NCBI GenBank assembly: GCA_030141605.1
Contig: JAQGDQ010001157.1
Span: 1-58,933 of the forward strand
From: Tubiluchus corallicola
Taxonomy: Eukaryota; Animalia; Priapulida
Length of the DNA: 58,933 nucleotides
Direction of reading: 5' to 3'
Numbering within the stretch: position 1 is the first letter of the stretch; every line of letters starts with the position of its first letter. The position numbers and the translations under genes were made by a program. Under the pieces are notes generated by a model. The model was not told the DNA's origin. It made no database searches and worked only from the letters and a program-made list of their open reading frames with translations. Positions 25,495-36,649 of this stretch are shown in pieces.

Positions 25495-28400
25495 ATGACA
25501 GCAGACAGGTATGGTTATTTTTAATCACAGGTAAAGCAGATGCTACACGTGAGTGAATGATACTAGTGTGCTAGGTGCAATACACAAGAATGTCTAGGAA
25601 CGGCATTAAACCAAGAGAACCATACACAGACACTAGTTTGGAAGTTTACAAAAGGTACAAATATTGTTATAATTGTGTATTTATAACAATTAAGTGACAA
25701 AATCATTTAGAAAATTGTGTCTCTACACGTAATGTGCAGTTAATTAACGCATGCGCTGTGTCATAAATATTATTCCTGTATATGGATTGTCGATCTCCAA
25801 AAATGCGCATTATTTCAGTTTAAACATAATTTATTTAGGATTGGATCAGACGGTTTGAACAACAAGATTTAGGATCCTCACCACAACAGACTTTAACACT
25901 ATTTACAAGAACATTTACAGGTAGAATAAACTATAACTACACAAGCTGACAAGTTTTACTACAAGATTACATTAGACATTAGTAGAAAATGATGGTTAGG
26001 AAATATTAATGTACGAATATTTAAGACTGATGCATTTTATATCAGATAGAAACTACTGGAAGCGTTTAGTACGTAATATAAAGTCATGTATGCATTGGAA
26101 TATTTTACAGTTAGCAACACAGTTAAATTCATCTTTTCCGAATAATAACAACTTCAACAGATCATTATTTCCTAAGGCAGCTATATTAAGGTTTATTATT
26201 TTAACTGCAGAAAATGTGTGGCGTTTAGAAGTATGCATTTGAGTATGAAATGTATGAAATTTTTGAATTGGCACAAGTAATATTGTGCAGAAAAGCAAAA
26301 CAGCAATACAAATATCTCCTTATTTAAAAATTAACGACACAAAATTACTTTTACAGTTGCTAATTAAATTTTCAGCATTTAAACTTTTCCAAAACTATTT
26401 AAATGTAGAAAATTCAAATGAATGTTTTATTTCGTTAGAATAAGATGCTGAGAAAATTCAACCACTGAAATGAATTATTATGCAAATAACTGATTTTAAA
26501 TGGTATAGTTTGATCAATTCACTAACATTTCTTGAAAACTCAGTTTGAATGTGGCTCAGCATCTAGAACAAAATGTATTAAATTCTCAAAAATACTATCA
26601 ACTCACCACTAAAACAAAGTGATTCCAATATTTTGTTTTGAGTGGCAATACTTGGTACATGAAATGTTGATGCCCATGGTGATATGGCACAATGGCATCT
26701 TCTTAAGTTCAAACTATGGAAACCATCATGTCAAATGACATTGGAGTTCTGACAACAAGTTGAGTTATACTACTTGTGTCTCATATCTTCTTTAACAAGA
26801 TTCCTGTTTCTAACTGCACATTCACAAAATATAACAGCTTCGCAATGCAGGATCTTGTAGATGTACTCCAACCCTTTGGTACCCTCAGCTTATTATTTCA
26901 GGTGAATCACTCAACTCTTTGGTAACCTCAGCTTATTATTTCAGGTGAATCACTCAGCTGTACCCTCAACTTATTATTTCAGGTGAATCACTCAACCCTT
27001 TGGTAACCTCAGCTTATTATTTCAGGTGAATCACTTAACTCTTTGGTACCCTCAGCTTATTATTTCAGGTGAATCACTCAACTCTTTGGTACCCTCAGCT
27101 TATTGATGTCAGGTGGATCACTCAGCTGTACCCTCAGCTTATTATTTCAGGTGAATCACTATTGAAATTACAATTTTGCTAGAGTAAGTGATCACTCTTA
27201 TCTGATTTTTCAGTGAAAAACGACAAGGCATCAAACCAACAACGAAACCGGTGGACATCGCTGCCCACCAGAAGGCGTTTGCTCTTGCACCGGACAGACG
27301 AGCGCATTGTTCCCTCATTATCGGTGTGATGGTCACTGCACTAGGAGCCATGGCTAACCTTGTTGGGTTTTCTACGCCATATTGGGTGGACATTAACAAG
27401 AAGTATGCCTACAGTTACACACGGTTGAATCTACAATCAGCAGGACTGTGGCGAGTAAGTGATAGATGTCATGTTACTCATTACTCATGGAGTCTATTGT
27501 AATTTATGATTGCATCAGAATTTGATGGACTCTGTCTGGGTACAATATAGCGAAGATGTCTTGCTACTACTTACATCACGAACATTATCAGCAGTTTCAT
27601 GTTTGATTTATCATTTAACTCTCTTCTTCTTCTTCTTCCCAGGTTTTCCCTGTGCGGGGTCGCCGTTGTGGATGAGTCTTCTCCACGCATTCCTGTTGTT
27701 CACCATCTCTTCATTTATGTCTTCAATTCCCACAAGATCTTCACCGACTCTTCTTTTCAGGTGTCCATACCATCGCAATCTTGCGAGGCTTCCACTACTT
27801 TTACTGTTCCTCTGATATTATTATTTCTAATTTTATCTCTTCTTGTTATTCCCACCATCCATCTCAACATCCTCATCTCCATCACACCCATTTCCTTCTC
27901 TTCGGTCTTCTTTAGAGAAGCTGCTTCCTGCCCATATATTAGAGCGGGTCTGACCACTTCTTTGTGGACTTTACCTTTAAGTCTCACCGACTCATTCATA
28001 TAAGTTTTTGGAGCAGTTTTTACAGGCGGATGCCCTTCCTGACCCTAACCCTCCCTATTTATCCGGGCTTGGGCCGGCACTGTGTTGGGCTGGCTTGCCC
28101 CCCCCCCCCCAGTGGCTAGGTTTTATCATTTAACTCTCTAAGACAAATAATTATAAATTTGAAACAAAAAACGGTAAATGTTTTTAAACTAAATTCCACT
28201 AGAATGATTTGAGCTGGTATGAAATAAGCAAGAAAGACAAAATCATTTTCATACCTGATGGCAATGATCAATAAATAAACTATAAGTAATTACTCAAGAA
28301 CAGTAATTACCCACTTCCCAATTTCCCACGCTAATGCAGCAGTCATACCACAATCCTGGTACAGATTATGCAAAACAAGGCATCATTGATAAATCTTTAG

Positions 28401-31400
28401 AGCTGATGTCAACATAGCACAATCTATTATCTTTCTTTCTACCATTTCCACTAACACATCCTTCTACCCTTCCTGTGCGATCTAACCTTTCTCCCAGTTC
28501 TTTTTTTTTTTGTTCACTCATCCATTCTTTTTTTATCGGGTTCACATGACAGTGGGCTTATACAAGCCTTTGCTTCTCTAGCCCACTGCAGTACAATTAT
28601 TCTTTTATGATAACGATAGTGTATGAAACATAACAATTTAATACAGTATGATGTAATAATTTTGATGTCACTGTGTGCTTAATGTCATTATATTGTACTG
28701 AATGTACTGATAATAATAATAATAAATAAAATAAAATAAAAAAGTGAGGTACAGAATAGTCAAATGATTAACTATAATTTTTTGCAGATTTGCATGAGAA
28801 GTTACGTTCATCCCCGGTATCCAGAGCTAAGATTTCAAGGGTGTGAATGGGTGTTCAGTAGAGTGTTTAAGCATCTACGTGATATCTTAATGCCAGGTAT
28901 GTGAATAAAACAACTTTGTATAAAATTAGTTTATGCAAATCAAGAAATTTACACCCCTCAACTGAATTCCAATTAATGAAGGCAACAGTGTATAATGTCT
29001 TGCGTTGTTAGATGCCTGCAGTAATGTTCAGTAATGGGTATATGGTTGTGGTTACTCGCGTGTGAAGTATAAAGGGTGATCTATTTCACTGCGGTGCTTT
29101 CGTTGCTCTATTTCTAGTTCCAGGGATGAGGATGACAAATTTCAAAAAACTCTGAAACAGGCCGGGGGTTTGGGGGCCACCTAGGCCCTCAATGGGGTTG
29201 AAATTGCAATTTTGTGACCATAGAGAGCCTCTGAGTGGAATTAAACCATCAATTACCTTGTTTCATGCATAACTTAAAATACCCAACTATCAAAGATACA
29301 TGATACCTAATTGTCTCAAAAACGCCTAAGTACTGGCCACTATGCAAAAGTATATAAAAACTGTCTGCAATTGACTCAAATAACTCTGCACAATTGATTC
29401 TAAATTTTTATACATAGAGACATACACGTGGTTACACTGATGTAAACAAAGTGACGGCCTGCCAACTAGCGGTCAGTTTGTAAAATAATGTACTAGGTCC
29501 GTAAAAATTTTCTCAACGAATTTACGCGATTTACAAAAATGGCACTACTGGTCTTCCAAAAACTGGGAATTCGGTGTATCCGCGGGAAATTCTCATCCCT
29601 GTAGTTCATGTTCTATGTTAATGAATTGCTTAAAGAGATAGGTGGAAGTGTTTGTACGTTTTATTTGTGACCAAACCGTGCACACACGAGTTGTTGTATT
29701 CTGGAGTAGTTAAACATGTCATGAGAAAATCAATAATGCTCGATTATTATCATTTCAGAGTGGTATGTTGCCATTCAACTCTGCATGACGTTTGGAATGA
29801 TAATTATGAACTTATTACTGCCACTTATTATTGTCTTGTGGGTTACAAGATGCAGAGACAAGAGGTTCGCACTGGAGAGACTCATTCGAACAGTTGCCAT
29901 CCTAATGCTTCTAGCAGGTAAGCAGCCACAAGCAGATGTGGGAAAAAGATCTTACAAACACGGTTCCCCACCAGTCTGAGAAATGTTGACCCTGGAAGTT
30001 TCCAATTGATTCATTAGTGAGTAGGTACAAGAGTCGCAGCTGACGTAGCCCAACTGATTATAGCAAAGTGGCATGGTACAAATGACTGGCAACAATATTG
30101 CTTTTCATGTTGTGAAAGTCATGTTTAAGTTTGTAGATGAATCACTTTGTCGAAAATGAATAAACAACTGTACTACATATCTGTACAAAACTGAAAAGCG
30201 TTTATTAGACTATACACACATATGTAGAATGACTGCTACACTGAACACTGAGAACAAGAGTGTCCTGCACTGATCACTGAGAGTTAGACAGTAAGTAACA
30301 TGAGTATCACGACTGCTGCACTGCACTGAGAGTGTGAGTTAGACAGGTGTGTAGCACGACTAGCATGACTTCTGCACTGCATTGAGAGTGAGACAGAGAG
30401 TGGCTAGAAGTAGAATCCAGTCAGTATATATAGGTAGAGGTAATTATGCCAAATTGGCTTCACAAAAACCATTACTGTAAAATGGGGAGGGATCCAGTGA
30501 GTATGCATATTCACTGGACCGTACAATTATACTAGGGGTGAGTTTGGCTAGTAAAATGTAGAGGGATTAGTTAATAGATGGCAGCACCTAAAAATATACA
30601 GTTACAACTTCCACACATGCAGTGTGGCATGTTGCAGACTTACACCCCACATGTGCTAACATTGATGGTAGTGGCGGGACTGGAATCTAGCTAATTGATC
30701 AAGAATAATCCACCTTACTAGATATCAGTAAGTTCAGATGTGGGACGTGTACATGTACTTCACCACCAACAGAAGTTAGGACACTACAACAGATGAAAGT
30801 GTCCTGAGCCAAGTATTGTCACCCACATACCAGACATGACCACTGAGTTGTCTTAGACAGCAGCCCAACTGATTTCTAATCAATAGCTACCCTTAGCAAT
30901 TGACAAGGCTGGCAATGATCTTGTTTTTTGAGGAGTATGGCACACAGGGTAAAGAACTATTAACCTTGATGGCCTCAGGACAAAAACCTGGCTAATTTAT
31001 GAAAAGTGAAATACTAGCAAGGTATCTAGCCACATTTGGGTCGACTTAAGAGAAAGAAGAAATCATGATAGTATGACAATGAAATATCTCAGAACAACAG
31101 AAATGGGTGACGACTGAATTATTATTATTCCAGTTTTCACTGATCTGCCCATCTAGTGTCCGGCATCGTGGCTTACCTACGTAGCCAAGCACATGCAGTG
31201 CCAGCTGAACTATTTCATTTGCCTTAGATGAGGTGAAAAATGTAAAGCTGTTATAAATCTTGTTTAGTCCTAAACATTCCGTGCCCAGTGCTTGACTAGT
31301 ATGTTCTGATGCTAGCAAATGATGATGCATTTTCATTCAAGATTGACTAAGATGGCATACTGCTTTGTTTTGAGCTTTAAAACTCTGATAATTTCTCCAA

Positions 31401-33482
31401 ATACACACGTGTGCCATCACTTGAAAACAATGAAATGATTAAAAAACCATGAATTGAAAGATGCATAAAATCAACACATGTAGGGTCTTCAACATTAGCA
31501 TTTTGCAGAGAAATTGTCCTAAGGATGAGACTTCTTAATCACAATGACATGTGACTAGCAAAACAGTTCAGCAAATCAACCATGTTTATCTAATACAGAT
31601 TTTAAGAAATCTTAAAAGTGAAATCTTTTCTAATTATACAGAATAAATCAATTTGATTAATTACACTGCTGTCCCTGTCGGAATCCATTGCGTTGCTGGT
31701 TATGTCAATTTTTACATTTCTATAGTTCACGTTACTTCACACAGATACCATCACATCTTTCTCCTTCTTTCTATTCTCTATTAACCTTTCTTTTCTACTG
31801 CTTTACTGCTCTTTTCTATTACACTCAGTCCACATTCATTTGGGGTGCTCTAAACAAGTAATTACTTCTTGAGTACCCCACGGGTCATTTGCGGCTTGGC
31901 ATCTTGTGTACATAATAATAAATATGTTATTAAACACGTAATGATCGTTGTGGATATATTTAATAAATAAATAAATAAATAATCTGTATTGCATACACAT
32001 ATAGCAGCGAATCAGCCTTAATACAAATTAGTAATACTGTATAATATAGATACACTATTACAAACATTCGCTTGATAAAAACGTATTTTGATTTTATAAC
32101 CACACCTATTCTCATTGTTATAAATAATAACTTTACATACTTTTATTTTAGTTGCATTCAATGTGATTGCACTAGCAATATATGTCGTCAAATGGAAAGA
32201 TGCAAATTGGATGGACCATCCTCAATTGCACAAATTATCCTGGTCATTCATGCTTTCAGCAGCGGGAACTTTCCTGATTTTTTGTGGAGAGGTAATTACT
32301 TCTTGGTAATTACTTTATTCACTTGCGTAAAAGAAATGTAACCAAATACTTTATTTTAATGACAAGGAATGCAACTTTAATTCATTCTTTATGCAAATCA
32401 ACTGAGTTACAGTAATGAGAGATCAGCTATGATTTATATAGGATCAGCTTGCTTGTCAAAACTACAATTTAAACTGTGTTGATTTCTTCTCTGACTGTTT
32501 TAATCTTATATTTGATTTGGCTATGTATCTAAGGTCCAGGTTCCTCAAAAAATGCACACGTGTAATATAGATCCTACTTGTTCCAATATTAAAACAGATA
32601 CCCAGACCTTCTGAAAAATACATACATTGATTGCAGATAATTGTTTCCATAAATTACCAATCTCAATTCAGCTGATTTTAAAAACACTGACCTTGTTACG
32701 CCTCATTATGCTCTAGCCAATTAAACACGTTCGATTATATAATTCTGTGTTATTTTGTTCATTATATTTTTGTAATTTATTTTTTTTATTTATTATTATT
32801 ATTATCACATTCAGTACAATATAATGACATTAAGCACACAGTGACATCAAAATTATTACGTCATACTGTATTAAATTGTTATGTTTCATACACTATCGTT
32901 ATCATAAAAGAATAATTGTAATGCAGTGGGCTAGAGAAGCAAAGGCTTGTATAAGCCCAGTGTCATGTGAACCAGATAAAAAAAGAATGGATGAGTGAAC
33001 AAAAAAAGAACTGGGAGAAAGGTTAGATCACACAGGAAGGGTAGAAGGATGTGTTGGTGGAAATGGTAGGAAGAAAGATAATAGATTGTGCTATGTTGAC
33101 ATCAGCTCTAAAGATTTATCAATGATGCCTTGTTTTGCATAATCTGTACCAGGATTGTGGATTGTGTAATCAGTAAATAAGACATAATATTTGTCATGCA
33201 TGTTACAGTAAATTATTAACACACTGCACTTCCACATTCAATACAACTTTAATTCTTTACCCTTACACAGAAGTATACAACTTCGTACTTTTTTTGTAGA
33301 TATGTATGTTATTCATGCTGTCGTCAGTTCGCAAACATCGGAAAAAAGCATACAAGGCCATCCCACCCAGACAATCTCATCGACCGGGATATCAGCAGGA
33401 TGACTTTGCCCACGTGCACTTCTTTGAGGGTGTGCAAGAACATCAGCCCGTCACTTGGGACGACATACATACTGATGTATGA
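25495..33482 (+). CDS. Invertebrate claudin-like tetraspan protein 1 (PMP22/claudin superfamily), about 281 aa
   Basis: Exons 25495-25508 (tentative start), 27214-27454 (GFSTPYW...GLWR), 28788-28896 (ICMRSYVHP...FQGCEWVF), 29759-29917 (WYVAIQLCMTFG), 32152-32291 (WMDHPQLHKLSWSF), 33300-33482 (...IHTDV stop). GT-AG, phases consistent; W-GLW-C-C signature and four hydrophobic segments. The first exon is the weak part. Confidence 0.88.
25819..26210 (-). mobile_element. Non-LTR LINE 3' fragment, same family as 38539-39119
   Basis: Encodes LNIAALGNNDLLKLLLFGKDEF...FILRTKRF and shares the 3' UTR with the longer copy. Confidence 0.85.
26867..27160 (+). repeat. 43/35-bp tandem repeat, about 7 units, containing TTATTTCAG|GTGAAT
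   Basis: ACCCTCAGCTTATTATTTCAGGTGAATCACTCAACTCTTTGGT repeated just upstream of the 27214 acceptor. Confidence 0.95.
27625..28121 (-). mobile_element. Internally deleted RTE element, copy 2
   Basis: TSD TTTATCATTTAACTCTCT (27607-27624, 28122-28139); near-identical to copy 1. Confidence 0.9.
28348..28742 (+). mobile_element. LINE-type 3' stub (stem-loop AGTGGGCT...AGCCCACT, TAA/TAAAA tail); arm A of an inverted pair
   Basis: Near-identical reverse complement at 32776-33160. Confidence 0.8.
29121..29601. mobile_element. hAT-like MITE with a 6-bp TSD
   Basis: TIRs CAGGGATGAG / CTCATCCCTG; TAGTTC on both sides (29115-29120, 29602-29607). Confidence 0.8.
30111..30615 (-). mobile_element. Probable solo LTR, 505 bp
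   Basis: TG...CA ends with short inverted repeat TGTGAAAG / CTTCCACA; 5-bp flanks CATGT/CATGC; on the minus strand a TATA-like tract (about 30425-30432) precedes AATAAA (about 30201-30206). Confidence 0.6.
31660..31983 (+). mobile_element. LINE-type 3' stub with hairpin and (TAAA)n tail
   Basis: Stem-loop GGGGTGCTC...GAGTACCCC (31841-31879), pyrimidine-rich upstream tract, (TAAA)n end; 5' limit uncertain. Confidence 0.5.
32776..33160 (-). mobile_element. LINE-type 3' stub; arm B of the inverted pair with 28348-28742
   Basis: Reverse complement of arm A with few mismatches. Confidence 0.8.
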
Positions 33483-35307
33483 AATCAAAATGGCGACTAG
33501 TTTGGATAATCAAATTGTATGACAGTTCTGCTTTCAGTTCAATACCTCTGCAGCTATTTCATTCCTGAGAACTTTAGCATTATCAAAGAGTGCATTTGCC
33601 AAGGTATTTGCTAATTTATTCGCGGTTTCTATTTCATTCTTTGGAATCTTCAAATCTTTGACAATATAACTTTACTTTTCTCTCTTAGGCTGTTAATAAT
33701 TCCACTTTGACTTTTGCTTGAAGTATTTTACTCATTATTTCTGATATTATTTAAATCTTATCAAAGGATGTATTCCTGGTGTATTAGTTAAACAAAATCT
33801 CTGTTAGGTGTTTTATACAGAATCACCACTTTCATTTTTTACCTGTTTTAGACTGTAAATGTGGATGTTTAATTTGTACCTAAGAGAATGTTAAAACTGA
33901 GGGGAAGATATATTTTGTATATAGGATTGCTATTGTGATAGTGTCTAGTTAGACAATGTAAATTTGTACATCTTTTTCAATAAATATGACAATAAGAAAA
34001 AATACACGAAGCCATGACATTACTTTTTTTAGAATTCGTACTTTTTACTGTAATTTTACTTAATGAACTAAACAATTAATTCCAAACTTTAAAAGTGAAA
34101 ACAGATCTGAAAAAAACTTATGATTACAGTTGGAAAACAACAGATAAATGGGCCAAAGTTTACTAAATACCACGTCTTTGAACAGCGGAACCACAAGCTA
34201 ATTTAGCTAATATTTCGGTACAGTACGTGCCAGAGTCCGGCATTGAAAGGCAGGGTTTACTAAACAGGATGTTTGTTACGTGACTGGAACCTGGGTCACT
34301 ATGAACATGAGCCACTGAACTGGCAGAAGTATCTCAATCATGTTCATATGTGAAGCATCCTCCCACTACAAGATCAACAGCTAAGATTTAAGAATGGTAC
34401 GGCCCACAACAAGTATCGAAACCAGGTGGCCACAAGCCACTTGCATGAAAGCAAGATGGCCTATCCACTCAGCCATGAATCCGCAACATGTTTATTGATA
34501 TCCTTACTTGTTATTTCTGTACCGGTCACTTTGATATGTGCATACCTGTCTTTTTGTTAATATTGTGACTTTCCATTTCTGTTAAGTGCAGGCCTTAGAT
34601 GTGTTATCAGTGTTTAGATGTGTGTGCAAACCTCAAAAAAATTTTCAAATGAGTCTAAGTGTGTCTGCACATTTTCAGACATGCTCAAAAGAAACGCAGA
34701 CTTCAAGAAAGTGCAGTCTTAGTTCACAAACCTCCAAGAGTTATTCTTTTTAATTAATCCACAACAAAAAATACACGCTGTAATAATTTAGAATGTAATA
34801 ATAAAATAACGTTAATGAGTAAATGCTAACTTTGTCCTTGCCTTAACAACAACAAAAAAAAATATACGGAACTTTTACAGAACTGAAAAACAGTATTTGA
34901 ACATGTGGCTAGAAAACGTAAGGAACACATTTCAGAACAACATCTACAAGAAATGAGAACAACAAAGTGACTGTAAAAATGAAGTTTACTTTTTTCACGA
35001 GAATTGTTATTATTACTGAATTCACACAAAAAATGTATCTGTATAGTGTATCAAAGGTGTAACTAATACATTCTACTGAATCATTTTTCCATTAACAGCT
35101 AGCAGAGATACACATGTGTCTTACCAGACTGTTGTGCATGTTACAAATGTTAGATCCCAGTAATCTGATGGTGTTTCACTCATACATGCATACATAAAGT
35201 CAGACACCACCCAGATATTACAGCGAAATCTTATTATTTTATATTTCGTTTTATTACATCTTTGGACGAATGACATAAAAGGAAATCAGAAAGAAAGCCA
35301 ACTGTGA

Positions 35308-36192
35308 TTACGAGTGAAACACTCGAATCACTTCGGATATCTCCTTTCGACATATGGGACAACAGTCACGTCGATGTAGAAGAAGCTGACCACAATCAAT
35401 GCAGGTGCACATGTGATGACATGGACGCAGGACGCAGTTCCGAGGACTGTCCATGCAGATGGCACAGTCTTGCTCATCAGGCTGATGTTCAGTGTCAAAG
35501 TCGCTGTCATCAGCAGCAACATTTCCCCGATGTGCCAGTTGTGGTATCAATCTGTCAACAACCGTATATCCCAGATGACGTTGGTTTTTCAAACGAGTTA
35601 GGTAATCTTGTTTTCTCGTTTCCCGTTGCTCCTCATCAAGGATCAAAGGAACGGGTCCCGATCTCAAGAACAATGTTTTCCCCATTCGCTCCATGAAGTT
35701 TTTAACCTTTTGTACAGTGACAGTGTTGGTGTATGCAGTAGTTGTCATTTCAACCTCGGGTATGCAGTGGACTGGAAAGAGAAATCTGAGGCCCAGGGCT
35801 CTTTCTTTGTTGACCATCTCCTGTACAATAGCATCAACGTCAATATTTAATGTATTTGTTGCTACGATTGCATCAGGTTTGCAGAAATGCGAAATGCGTT
35901 CAAACAATTCCTGTTTCACCTGAAGGTTATCTACGACAGCTTCGAACACAAAGTCCACATCGTGGACGGCATCCTCCAGTCGACTCAGGCAAATAACTCG
36001 ACCGGGATAGTTCGGCTGCAGGAGAATTCCGTCTTGTTTCAGCTCCTGTTTGTCCTCCTCTACTCGTGCTGGGACAGAGTTGAGGACCTGGGAGCTCCTA
36101 TCATGGAGCTTTACCGTATGTCCGTGGTAGGCCAGATTGCCTGCAATTTTCACGCCTAGAAGGCCACCACCAAGAACTGCAACTTTTACCAT
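35308..36192 (-). CDS. 3-hydroxyacyl-CoA dehydrogenase-like NAD-binding domain fused to a C-terminal C3HC4 RING finger (putative E3 ligase), 294 aa, intronless CDS
   Basis: Rossmann motif VAVLGGGLLG plus beta-2 Asp (KLHD), DFVFEAVVDNLQVKQELF, IVATNT, MGKT; RING CAIC...PCHHMCTCIDC...CPICR; ACAATGG start context; AATAAA on the minus strand at about 35250. Confidence 0.93.
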   Translation of the reverse strand: MVKVAVLGGGLLGVKIAGNLAYHGHTVKLHDRSSQVLNSVPARVEEDKQELKQDGILLQPNYPGRVICLSRLEDAVHDVDFVFEAVVDNLQVKQELFERISHFCKPDAIVATNTLNIDVDAIVQEMVNKERALGLRFLFPVHCIPEVEMTTTAYTNTVTVQKVKNFMERMGKTLFLRSGPVPLILDEEQRETRKQDYLTRLKNQRHLGYTVVDRLIPQLAHRGNVAADDSDFDTEHQPDEQDCAICMDSPRNCVLRPCHHMCTCIDCGQLLLHRRDCCPICRKEISEVIRVFHS

Positions 36193-36649
36193 TGTAAACC
36201 TTTGATATCTACTATGTTAACTGCATCACAATAAAACGTATTTTGAACCACAATATTATATTCCTGGTTATTAAAAAATTTGCTGTTTTATTCATGAAAG
36301 AAGCCAACGTCGTGGTTTTCGCTATACAGTAAAACCAGCTACATGATTTGATCAATAAAACCCTGCATAAGCAAGTCAGAATAACTGCGCGCATGCAAGC
36401 AGCATCCTCATACCCACCACCCCTCGCAGGTAAGGCACAAATGGAACGGTCCTTCACGCACAGTTGTTCTGCACCTGTACACAACGTACTTGCACGATGC
36501 TAAGATCCACGCTACAGCATCACCGGTAATCGAGTCTTGTGATGCGATTCGAGCACCACACCTTGGCCGTTTTATAACCGCTGAAATTCCTCTTGATGAA
36601 CTGAAGAACATAGCAAGAGTGACAGGGACTTTGAGAGGATAAAATAAAG
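36193..36649. promoter_or_regulatory. Putative bidirectional promoter and 5' UTRs
   Basis: 457 bp between divergent ATGs; CpG-richer than the flanks; NRF1-like TGCGCGCATGCA at 36386-36397. Confidence 0.6.
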
